Shown here: positions 12,930 through 24,146 of the stretch, piece by piece
Layout: every line of letters begins with the position of its first letter
Position numbering within the stretch: position 1 is the first letter of the stretch
Source of the DNA: Tilletiaria anomala UBC 951
Taxonomy: Eukaryota
DNA length: 64,000 bases
Direction: 5' to 3'
Assembly (NCBI RefSeq): GCF_000711695.1
Contig: NW_013547015.1
Span: forward strand, 124,001-188,000
Position numbers and translations under genes: made by a program
Notes under the pieces: generated by a model
Database searches by the model: none
Told to the model about the DNA's origin: nothing
What the model saw: only the letters and a program-made list of their open reading frames with translations

Positions 12930-13397
12930 CTTGAGCAGGACGCCTTCTGAGTCTCACAGGATACGTTCCGCTTCTTGCCCTTCGCCTGCTCAAAGGTGGT
13001 CTACACTTCACGCTGTACTAGGGAAAAAGGCGTGGTGTAGATTGACCTGATCGACTTGATGGCAACGTATTCAACAAGACTGAAGGGGGGGGATCAGAGA
13101 GATGAGTGTATTGCGGAACGCGGGACATGGGATTCGGAATCAATCCCTTGCCGTTTGATGAAGCCAGACGTGATAACGCGATGGGTACGCGTGCCACATT
13201 GGCGCGTCGAGACAGACGGTGCGCAACACTCACTGAATGTGACTCCGCTTCGCTGATATGTGATGCCCAAGAACCTCCTCTCACTCTGTTGTATACTCGT
13301 CTGGACCTGGACCTACATCCATACGGTACGCACCCTGCTTTCAAGGCTGAAGCTACTCTGCACGTATATACTGCCAGGCGGCTAGATTCTGCTCAGA

Positions 13398-16300
13398 ATG
13401 GCGGCCGCACAAGACCCCTTTCAGACCTCGGCAGGAGGCGTGGCGAGCGGGAAAAAGGCTAGCAGGTACCTGACAGAGCCGACAGAGGCGCATGCCAGTG
13501 AGGCGCTTCAGAAGCATACCCCTGATATACCCTTCTATGAAATTTGACGGTCTGATGATCGCTATCTTGGCCCTTGGCGCTCATCGTGCTGTCTCAGTCA
13601 CGTTTGAATGGGTGAGTTGCCATGAATACACATCGCTGAGTGCTTCAGAGGCTGAGCACGTGTGCCTGTTTGCTCTGCAGCCATTGACAGGCCTAAGAAA
13701 GATCTTCGACGAGAGCAAGGATAATGTCAAGTCTAAGGCCATCCGTTCATGCTCCTTTGGAGGTGGACAATGGACTGTGTTGCTCTATGCCCAGAGCGGC
13801 GTGGACCAGGTGAGAGCCGCATCGCGCATGACCCATGCTCAGATACGCGCTTACATGTACAAAGCCGCGCCGCAGAATGTATCCCTCTACCTCAATGCAG
13901 AGCCACTTGCATCAGAGAAGGTTCATCCTTTGATGACTGCGGTTAAGAACCCAGCCGAGCTGGAACGACATGTAGGGACGATCAAGGAAGGGGAGCAGCA
14001 GTCGAAGGCAAAGCAATCCTCTCGCACAGAATGGCACCGCGAGGGCGTGTTCCGTTTCACATTTTCCATTTACACTGCAGGGAAACTGTCACTTATCTCA
14101 AGTAAGGAGGCACTCGGACATACCTTCTCATCTCAAACTGCCAACTGGGGCTGGTCTGGCTTCTGCTCCAGAGACCGCGTCTATTACAACCATCACACAG
14201 TCAAGGAAATGGACATGTTCGTCGTTGTCGTGTCGCTCACAAAGCAGCCCAAAGCGCCAGACTCACATCGCCCGAAAGGTCACATCGTCTCACAGTCTTT
14301 GACGACCGCGATGGGATCACTCCTGGATACGCCGGATTACAGGTGAATGGAACAGTCCCTTTAATATTCTTAATCTGCAGGCTAAGCAACCACTTTTCCG
14401 GCGTCCTATAGCGACACTATATTTGTCTTCCCGCGCCAAACACGCAGGCAAGGCAAAGTGATCAGAAGCTCCGGGGAAAAAACAAAACAAATCTTCGCCA
14501 TCAAGCAGATCCTTACCGCCCGCAGCGATTACTTCCGCGACCTCTTCGAGGGTGGCTTTGCCGAGGCGGAAGACAGTGACGACTCGGAGGGTTTTGATCA
14601 GCAGGATGCCGATCAGGCCGCCAACGACTCTGCACGTGCGGCTGTGGGCGACGCCGGCATGCGCAGTCTGTCACCTGATCATGATGATAGTGACGAAGGG
14701 CGAGATCGGCGCCGTGCAGGTTCGAGCGCTCGGGACACCCATCAGAGGCAATGCTCGAAAAAGCGGCGCGCAAGAGCGAGATCAAGTGGGACCGCAGGTC
14801 TGGATTCGTCGCAAGCCTTTGCCGAGGCAGATGAGGAGTTGGATTACGACGGCGAGGGTATCTTCAATGACTCGGATGCAGAGTACGAGTTGACTATGCA
14901 GGACGGCGAGACCAGTGACGATGCCAGCAGCGTCAATACCGATGAGGAGGAGCGTCAGGGAGAGGATGATCACGGCGACGGGCCAAGTCAGGCTTCAGAT
15001 GGTGACGACTTGGCGGCTCAGCAAGCGAATTATACCTCGGCCGATCCCGCTGCTGCTATTCCATCAGAGGATAGGCACAACACATTTACCGCGACGCTAG
15101 CAGTCGCAACCCCTTCATATCACAGCGGATTCTCACACGGCAAGTTCAGCCCGCCACGCGAACCTCCTGCAGACGTGCCCACATTTGATGATGATGAAGA
15201 CGAAGACATGGGACACGAAGACGAGATCGCGGCTGTGAGCGGTGGTCCAGGCGGCGCGCCGGGTGCAGGCGCAAACATTAATGCGAACGCGAACGCCAAG
15301 GCCAATGCCAACGTCAACGCCAGAGCAGGGGTCACGCCCGTGCTGAAGACAAGTGACCCTGCTGCCGAGCGCTCCATTCGAGCAGGCAGCGGAGATAACA
15401 CATCGGAGGGAACCACGAAAGGTTTGACGAACCGGATGGCATCTCTAAGCACGCCCAGCGCAAATGCAAGGGATGCAAATGTTGCCGGCACCAGCGGTGC
15501 TGGTGAGATGGACAAAGGCAAGAAACGTGCTGCAGACGGAGATGTCAGCGCAGAACGTGCCAGGAAGAGAAATGCATTTACGGGTCGCAAGCGGCGCAAG
15601 GTGGTAAGTATGATGATAGGACCTTTTGTTTACCTTGTAGCTGGCATACTCATGAGCATGGCCCAATGCGTCTCCTGCCCCCGTAGGTCATCCGCGACAG
15701 CTACTATCCAAGCTTCTATGCTCTGCTCTACTTCCTCTACACCGACATTATCGAATTTGCCCCCCTCACGTCGTCGTATTTGGAGCTGGATGACGAGAGC
15801 GATCATGCCAAGTCGCACACATTCGACAATCCCGAAGAGCATCTGGAGGATCTGATCTGCGCACATTGGAGGTAAGTGTTCTGCGCGACATTGCGCTCCT
15901 CTGCATTGCGCATATTTCTGACATGTCGACCGATCTTTTTGTTGCACACTGGCCCACTCCAAACCCCCAGGCGTGCCGACATGATATGCACATACGCAGA
16001 TCGTGCAGAGAAGGCACCGCTGTGCTCTGCCAAGTCGATCTATAAGCTGGCGGATAAGATGAACCTGCCCGAGCTCAAAAAACGCGCCAAGGCTCACATT
16101 GCCGGCAGCTTGACGGTCAACAATATTGTTTGGGAAGTCTTCAGCAGCTTCACGGTCCGCTACCCCGAAATACGGAAGATGGAAATCGACTTCCTGCTGG
16201 AACATTTCGCTGAGGTCAAGAAGACAGCCGCGATGAAGGAGCTTTTCATGCGTAGTGTTGCGCATCCTGGATTGGCGCAGGGTGAGTTTTTCATTTACAG

Positions 16301-16457
16301 ATGACTGGGTACGAAGCCTTGAGCTCACTGGCCTGTTGCAATCCTCCCTCTGCATCACGCACACGCAGTGTGGCCGGACTTGCTCAGCAAGCTCGAATAT
16401 AAGAAGATCGAAGCGGAAGAGGCAGAGGCGCACGCGTCCACATCAGCAAGCGAGTAG
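13398..16457 (+). CDS. MATH + BTB/POZ domain protein (Cullin3 adaptor-like), multi-exon
   Basis: MATH-like ITFEW|PLTGL...FGGGQWTVLLY...VSLYL...NWGWSGF. BTB reads DY|SDTIFVF...IFAIKQILTARSDYFRDLFEGGF[insert]VIRDSYYPSFYALLYFLYTD...CSAKSIYKLADKMNLPELKKRA. 14-nt exon at 13598-13611. Confidence 0.85.
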
Positions 16458-16661
16458 CATAACAAGCATGTGAAATGTTTTCCGGCCGAATCGTTAATCT
16501 CAATGACACTGCAAAGTCAAAAGACCATCGGATTGATCGAACAAACGTTCATGAAGACTGTATCTTATAGCCCAGCACAGAAGGGCCAACAGCACTGCGT
16601 GCAAACACTATCAGATTGCGTGTGTTTGGAGTTGGAGCCTAGTAGAGGAGGAAGCCGGCGA

Positions 16662-18110
16662 TCACAGGTTATCGAGATCATCGTCCTCCTCGTCCTCGTC
16701 GCTATCAGCCTGGTCGAGCCATTCGAGGAACGGCGCAGCGGCGCGGCGGACCTTCTTGCTGGTGTCCTTGTCGACGTATTTCTTGCTCGTGTGCGTGCCC
16801 CAGTGCTTGACAATCTCCTCATCCAGCGCGTCGATCTGGTACAGCGCCATCAGCAGCTTTGGGACGCCGCTGGGGACCAGCGAGGGTTGTTCAATGCCCG
16901 CAAGGCGCTCGAGGCCGCCTAGCAGCGACTTCTGGTGTTTCTCCGAGGTGGTCATCTGAAGCAAACAAGCATAGCATCAGAGCAAGCCCACGAGCTTAAA
17001 CCAGACGAGCGATACGGTAGCTCACCTTGGCAATGACGGCCTGGTACTTTCCCATCTCTTTGACAGCGTCCTCGGTGAAGAGAGACTGCATAATCAGCTG
17101 CACGGAGCGATGCTTGTTCTCGATGCCGAGCTCCTGAGCCTTTTTGTACACTTCTGCAGCGGTGCATTCGCCGCCCGCAGAGCCACCTTTCCGGTGTTCG
17201 GTGAGCCACACTCCGAATTGGTAGTACGGGCTGTTCTCGTCCTCGGCCTCTTCGTCGTCCTCGCCAGCGGCGAGGACGAGGGAGGATGTGATGCCTCCCT
17301 CCAGCGCCTTAACGCGGGCTTTGACGGCTGCCTCCGACGTGTCGACGCTCCACTCGTCTCCGCCGTTCTCCTTCGCGCGCTGCTCAGCAGTGGGAATCAG
17401 AGCCGCTTCTGAGGCAATCTTGGCAGTGAACTCGTCGTCGCTGCCACCGTTCTCGCCATCATCACATCCGCCATCGTCAACGCTTTGGCCAGCAGCCTTT
17501 CCAGCACCTTTGACACCCTTCTTCTTCTTGGGCGGAGGGTGGTTGGTGATGAAAGTGGTAAGCTTGTGGCGCATATCCACGTCCGTCATCGCACCGCAGG
17601 CCTTGCAGTCACGGTGAATCATGCCATCCTTGCTGATCTTGAGGTCCGTTTCGGGGTTCTTGCAGGCTTTGCAAAGTACAAACTTTTCAATGAAGCCGTC
17701 AAGGAGCTCGCGCAGACGGACAGCCTCGTGCGAGCCGTTCACAATGTAGCGCTCATTCTTTTCGTCAAACTGAGTCTGTGCGCCAAGCTCACAGCCGAAG
17801 AACTTGGTCGGGTCTGCAAAAGAGTACGCACGGCCCGTATGTTAGTGGGAACGGGGAAGCGGCTTGGCTGCTCGATGATGTAATGGCTCACAAGACGCAG
17901 GGCGGGAGAGGGCCCTACCAATGTCCGCCATGTTGGGGATGACAGTCTTGATGCCGTTCCCTTTGCCCTCAATCTTGGTCTGAAGCAAGGGCATGCTGTT
18001 GAGGGAACTATAGTCAGATTCTGATGTAGACTGGGTATTAAGAGCACAAAAACGCACCGGTATCGATAGAACTTGTCATCGACATCTCTCCTGATGTTGA
18101 CGACAGCCAT
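16662..18110 (-). CDS. TIF5: Translation initiation factor eIF5
   Basis: [40 protein letters not shown]..., zinc ribbon [16 protein letters not shown]...DCKACG, and a W2 domain ending [15 protein letters not shown]. Confidence 0.97.
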
Positions 18111-18978
18111 ATTGACTACTGATCACACTCTTCTCGCAATCTACGAATGAGTGAGACTTCTTTGCGCTGCTACGGTGGGCGTACCCTTTGTGCGAATGCA
18201 CGCTATATGCTTCGAGGGTTCGGAGTGAAGGGACGCAAGTTAGAGAAAGAGGTGGCTAGCAGCGGGTCTCAGCCAAGACAAGCATGGGACTTCTGCTGCC
18301 CTTGTTGTGATGATTAGCGATGACAACAATTATTCCTTTGGAGGAATTCGAAGGGAGGTTTGGCTCTTCGAAGGGTGGAATGGTGGCGACGACTGGAGTC
18401 CGGAAGGATGATGGGCAATGGAGACATGTACAGCGTGCTCTTGCCGCTTCGCTGGGAAGGCCTGCTGTTGCGACTTTTGTGCGGGGGAGGTTTGTCAAGA
18501 TGGTGGCAAGCTTCGCTCTGCCGTACTTCTTGCTGATGGTTCTGGTCGATTGGAGAGGGGTTGATGCAGACTTTGTCTCCTGCATTTGATGGCCGTCAAC
18601 GATGAAGGTTGAGAGCATGCAAAAGGGCAACTGAATGGATGCTTTTCTTTGCGTTGACGCACTGTGATGGCTGCATATGCCCATCTCCTGCGGCTGAGGG
18701 AAAAATTTGGTTGAGGCTCGCTCTAGTTCTGAGATCGAAGAGCTAGTGCGGAACGAAACGGATCAACAGGTTCCATCTTCTGCGATCGCGCTCCAGACCA
18801 CTCACTCTTCTCGCCAACCTGGCAAGGTCCTCTAGGCTTCGACAAGGTCGATCCCTCGCAGGTCATAACTTGTATCTCGAGGGGGCCATCAGTTGGAAGT
18901 GGCTGTTCGTTGCACGTAGCATCTGAAAGACAGGAACACCTCGAAGAGACAAGCAGAAAGACACCCTCTCTTGTCACA

Positions 18979-19830
18979 ATGGCGCTCAGAACATCAGTCG
19001 TCCGCATGGCCGCGTTCCGGTCCTCGCCCCGTGTCGGTGCGCCGCACATCAAGCCTGCCTTCCAGCCGCACGTTGGCAGGTTCGCTCCGGAGAACGTCTT
19101 CAAGTGAGTGCACCGTTTCCGTAAGGGGGTAAACTAGGCAATTAGAATACCAGCCAGAGTCGACACATCGGGAAGATGCGAAATGCTTATTCACAATGAT
19201 GCAGCGATATCTGACGCTGACTTCCTCTTCGTCTATTCAATCCACTCGGCTTCGCTTTGATCCTCCTTTTTATCTTATGAACCTCATCTTGGACAGGGCT
19301 TCTGGCGCACTCGCATTCTGGGGCGTAGCAGGCGCAGGAGGCGTTGCCCTCTTTTTGAGCGGCGTTCCGAAGTTCAAGCACGACGTTCTGCTGAAGATTC
19401 CATTTGTGAGTCTACGCTACTGGTCATGGGTTTGCAGACGTGGACAATATGGACTTGGTGCAGAGAAAAGTCTACCAGTGTCTCTCATATGCAGAGTGAC
19501 CCCCAAAGGCCTTGTGTTCGGCGGCTGTGTGATTCGGACACCATGGACTAATCTCCAAGGACCGCCCCCAGGGAGAACAAGCGTGCAAGTGTTGAGCTGG
19601 GGGTTCATCTTGCTCAGTCAATCGTCTCTTTGTGAGCTTGTTGCTGACCAGTGTTGCGTCTTGTTCATTCTTGCAATTTTTTAAATCTCCGACGCCCCAT
19701 AGGTCAACCAATACTTCCAGGGTACGTTCCTCTCCCATCCTGTCCTCGAATGCGAAGCTCACCCATGGTCGTCCCTCTTTACACTTCCGACGCTGCAGAC
19801 AATACCCCGGACTCAGACAAGCCCTTCTAA
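18979..19830 (+). CDS. QCR10: Cytochrome bc1 complex subunit 10
   Basis: Exons 18979-19103, 19297-19405, 19703-19721 and 19799-19830 give ...FQPHVGRFAPENVFKASGALAFWGVAGAGGVALFLSGVPKFKHDVLLKIPFVNQYFQDNTPDSDKPF*. Confidence 0.85.
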
Positions 19831-20417
19831 GCGCCTCGTTTCGAAAATCGTACAGCATTCGCAGTATTACTCGGCTTGGCTTTAGAATGTAGCAAGCAAC
19901 GCCTCTACACTAGATCAACATCAGCCTTCCAGTTGCCATTCTGATTACGTAGTGAGAAAGCTAGCTAGGCTAGCCGACTGCATGCCGTACAGCGTTTGAG
20001 AGGCGATCGGTAAAGTGTGTATGTTGCCCTTAAACCCATGTACCTCCCCTTCAGACTGGTGCAAGACACTAGCGTTGGTAATGCAAGTGTCGGTGAAGCT
20101 CCGAGAACCCCGGCGAGCGTGCTGTTTGCGCAAATGAGGACCTGCGAGAGCATGTGGCTGGCGAATACCGTCGATGGAAGCGCGTATTTCTATTTGAACG
20201 GTCGACGTTTGAGCGCGCTGAAGGTGACAGCTTGCGAGGTGATAGTGCAACCGACGCAGTGGAACAATTGATCCTCTTTCATAGCATACTAATACAACGC
20301 ATGCGTGATTCGTGCATCCAGCTCACATTGATGAGCATGCATGCCACAGCCCGTTGGCAAACCAGCTGCCCTTCCCCAACTCTCTGCTAATGCTGAGGCA
20401 AGCGAGATGCCCAGGGC

Positions 20418-21725
20418 TCAGTTCTCCACCCTGTCGGAGAGGTTGAGCAGCAGCGTCGCAAGGCATCGCTTTGTGATCTGTCAAGGCCGTCCACATCAAG
20501 CGCGTCAATATTGGTTATTTCTTTGGAAGGCAATTCGTTCAAGGCTAAAGGCGAAGGGAGGCTCACATGGTCGTTCTTCAGCAGCTGCGAAAAGGTAGCA
20601 TCTCTCAGCGGACCTGGCAGGCAAGCGCGTAGTGCCTCGCGTGCTCTGTTCGAGAGTGATGGAGCCCCTGTCAGCTTTGAAACCCCAATAGCGAGTTGAC
20701 CAAAGACGCGTGGCCTGCGCTGTCACTCACCTCGAGTTATCGCTCAGACGCAAATAGCATCGCACAACGTGCTTGAGAAGACGCACCGCTTGCGTTTCGA
20801 CAATCTGGTTGACCATGTTGCTCAGCACGGTCCCGACAGCGTAGAAGCGCTCGTATGTCTGACAGATGTAAGCCAAACCAGTGTCGTCGAGCAGGATCTT
20901 CTGCACAATGAAGATGGCAACTGTCTTACTCAGTTCCGAGCCCGTCTCCATGATACGTAAGCAGAGTGGGATGATCTCGGTTGACAAAAGGAATGTGATG
21001 ACCTCGGTGTTGTCATTCTGCTTGACCAGGGCTCCGATCACTCCCAGCGAAGTGAGACGGAGATACTCGAATGGCCGCGTCTTGGATGTCGTGTTGAGGA
21101 AAGGGTAGAGGAACAAGGGGATGTGCGCTTGCAGGAACAACCCTCGAGTCTCGTTGTGACTTGCGATGCATTGTAGCAACGCTAGGGCGTTGCACACCCT
21201 GTTCGATGCATGCGCCGTCAGCGCCGGTGGAGAAAGCAGCGGGTAGACAGAAATAATCTCTTGCAAGAGGGAAGTCATGACGCCTGAAAGGTGAATTGCG
21301 GTCAGCAAGTCCCATCTTGCAGAGAGCAAATCGTATCGTAACGACGTACCAAAACTGTGCCAAAGCACTAACGCTAGATCTTCGTACTGTTCTCGCTTCT
21401 TGCTGAGCTCGAGCAGAGCATTTTCCCTCTGCGCTGAGCTCCCGGGGGAGTCATTCAATACCGCTTGCCCTTGGCCAGGCGCATTCCCCGATTGGTCTTT
21501 CCCACCAGCACCTGTCGCAGAAGCAGCACGTGGATCCGGGCGCTGGCAAAGCTGAACGATGAGTGGATACACCGACAACGCTGTCGTTGGGGTACCACCG
21601 GGGCCGGTGCCAGCCGGAATGGACGGGCCTGACGCCGGAGCAGGACCGGCAGCTGACAGCATCGAAGGTGCGAGCTCGACACCGGCGAGTGATCCTCCTT
21701 GATTCGTTGATGATGGCGACGACAT
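20418..21725 (-). CDS. CAF40: CCR4-NOT subunit Caf40/Rcd1 (CNOT9)
   Basis: [27 protein letters not shown]...[14 protein letters not shown]...[19 protein letters not shown]...[23 protein letters not shown]...[21 protein letters not shown]. Confidence 0.97.
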
Positions 21726-22245
21726 GATGGCGATGTGTCCTCGTATGCGTCACCAGTCCACTCAAGTCTCTTTGAAAATTTGTTGCAGTAGCTACGCCAC
21801 CATCGCCGTGCTCCCTCCCCCGATCGCACGTCTCAGAGTAGATCCAATCTAGCCCACTACTCCAGAATGCGCATCTGCGGGCATGTGAACGGCGCTTTGC
21901 AATGATAAATCCAGAGGATGCGTACACATAGCAGGGATTGAAGTGTGTGCGAAGTTGACGCAACCTCCCATGGGTCGTGAGTGTAGTCGCTGGTGACGAG
22001 AGGGGAGACGGCGGCGACAGCGCCGCAGCTGTGAAGTTGCAGTCACATGGCCCCAGCATTTCAATCTGGGATCTCAATCTCAATAGCCTTTACTACAATC
22101 GACATCGTCTCAACCCATTCGTCATCAACAACACTCTTGTGATGAAGGCTGCACTTCGTTCGCGCCATCCTGGAACTCATGGACACTTGTGCTAGTCTGA
22201 TTAGCATACCCAGGACGAATCATTGGAGGGGTACGACACTCAGCC

Positions 22246-23754
22246 ATGTCAACCAGCCCAGGAAGTAACGCCTCGGCGCCCGGCGACCAAGCCGGTTCCA
22301 TCGACACTGGCCTTGGGGCAGGTGCTCTACAAGCTTCCGGATCGACAGTTCTAAAAGCACCCGTTGATGTTGTCGAAGGAGGCGCTGATGCTGCTGACGA
22401 GGATGGGCAAGACGCAGTGGATGATAGCAGCGTGCCTGTGCCACTTGATGGGGGCGACATGACGTACGAGCAAGCAGAGAGGGATGCGGAGGCAGAAGGC
22501 GGTCTTGCAGATGGGGACGATGCTAACCCAATACAGTCAGGCTCAGAGGGAGAGGAAAATCAAGGTGGAAGCGCAGAGACAAGCTTAAAGAAAAAAAAGT
22601 GTGTGGGCTTACCCTTGAACGAAGCCCAGGCTTGCTGACGTCCCTTCTCGCTCCTCACAGGAAGAGAAAAGACAGATCTACAGAAGAGGAGCAGGAAGAG
22701 GAGCGAGAAATGACCCGAGCAGAGGGTGAGGCTTGAATTTGGCTCCACGAGAGGATCCTTCATCCTGATTGGGCTTGTTTCGTGGGAACAGTTTCGCAGG
22801 TCCGGATCAATGCACAAATCGACGCCGCCCTCAGCGTCGGCAAGAAGCGACCAAAGAAGCGAAGGACAGGCGAAGATGTGCGTGCTGATCTTATTTTTCC
22901 TCATGGAAGACGTGCCTGACGCGTGTATGTCGAATAGGATCTCGATCAACTGGCCGATGAAGAAGTGGAGAGGCTCAAGAATGATATGATCGCTGCAGCC
23001 GACGCGGACATTGAAGCAAATGAAAAGAAGAGGCCGGCGACAGAGAAACTCAAGCTGCTCCCAAAGGTTGTCAACACATTGCAAAAGTAAGGCGGCGTGC
23101 CGAAGTATGGCGCTCCGGTTGTCCTGACACTCTTCACTTGGGCCCGGCAGAACCCACTTGCAACAATCAATCTTGGACAACAATCTTCTAGAGGGGGTAA
23201 AGCGGTGGCTTGAACCTCTGCCGGATCGCTCCTTACCTGCACTCAACATTCAGCGGCAATTTTTTGCAATCTTGGAGAAACTACATGTGGACGAGATAAG
23301 TCTCAAAATGAGCGGTCTAGGCAAGATTGTGCTCTTCTACAGCATGTGTCCCCGAGTTGATGCGAGGATCAAGAGGATCGCAGAGAAGCTGATCGGTGAG
23401 CTTCTTCCACGAGCCTTTGCCGAGGTGCCATTCCTGACGACAGCCTCGCTTCTCGCAGAGGTATGGTCGCGGCCGATCTTGAAGCGATCTGCATCCTACC
23501 GGACACGCAACGTTCCGCAGTCCAACCGAGAAATCAGGAGGACGTATCGGAACGAGGCTCAAGAGATTCAAGCGCAGATTGATCCAAATCGTCGTCACGT
23601 CACAGTTCCACAGGCCGTGCAGACAGGGTATACCTACGCACCTCGGGCTACTGCTGGCGCTGTTGGGCAGGAAGAAAGTCACCAGGCGCGCCTCATCAAC
23701 CACAAGAGGCTTAATGAGTTCAAAGGCAAGCTCAAGGCACACAAAAAAGGCTGA
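22246..23754 (+). CDS. IWS1: Transcription elongation factor Iws1/Spn1
   Basis: Acidic N-terminus, then [12 protein letters not shown]...[31 protein letters not shown]...[13 protein letters not shown]...WSRPILKRS (TFIIS N-terminal-like domain). Confidence 0.93.
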
Positions 23755-24146
23755 GTGTGTCTTGTGAGAGTTTGCGTCGTGTATAGTAGGCATTGGGTAA
23801 TCCATCATCGTAAAATTATAAGACTGCCGGTAGGCATCTCACATTTCGAACCTATCAAAGCCATAATTCTCTGGCGCACACCGCCCTAACACTGGACTTC
23901 AGGCCTATGAAATGTTCCAGCTTGCCCCTCCTTGTCATTTAGCCAGGACGAATGGCAATTGCGTGAAAGCGACGGAATCATCCTGCATGAGCAAATAGAT
24001 CCGGGAATGCAAAAATACAAAGCATAGCAGTGCAGCGAGGAGCATGGCTCGAAGCGAGAGCGGATTGGCAAAGGGATAGAACAGGCTGTTATCGGGTACC
24101 TCAAGAAGACAGCCCGGGCCGAAACGAGCGGGCTACGCGTCAGGTC

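Noticed and set aside
19190..19232. Box C/D snoRNA in QCR10 intron 1 (ATGATG...CTGA)
   Set aside because: The boxes are too close together and no upstream box C or recognisable rRNA guide was found.
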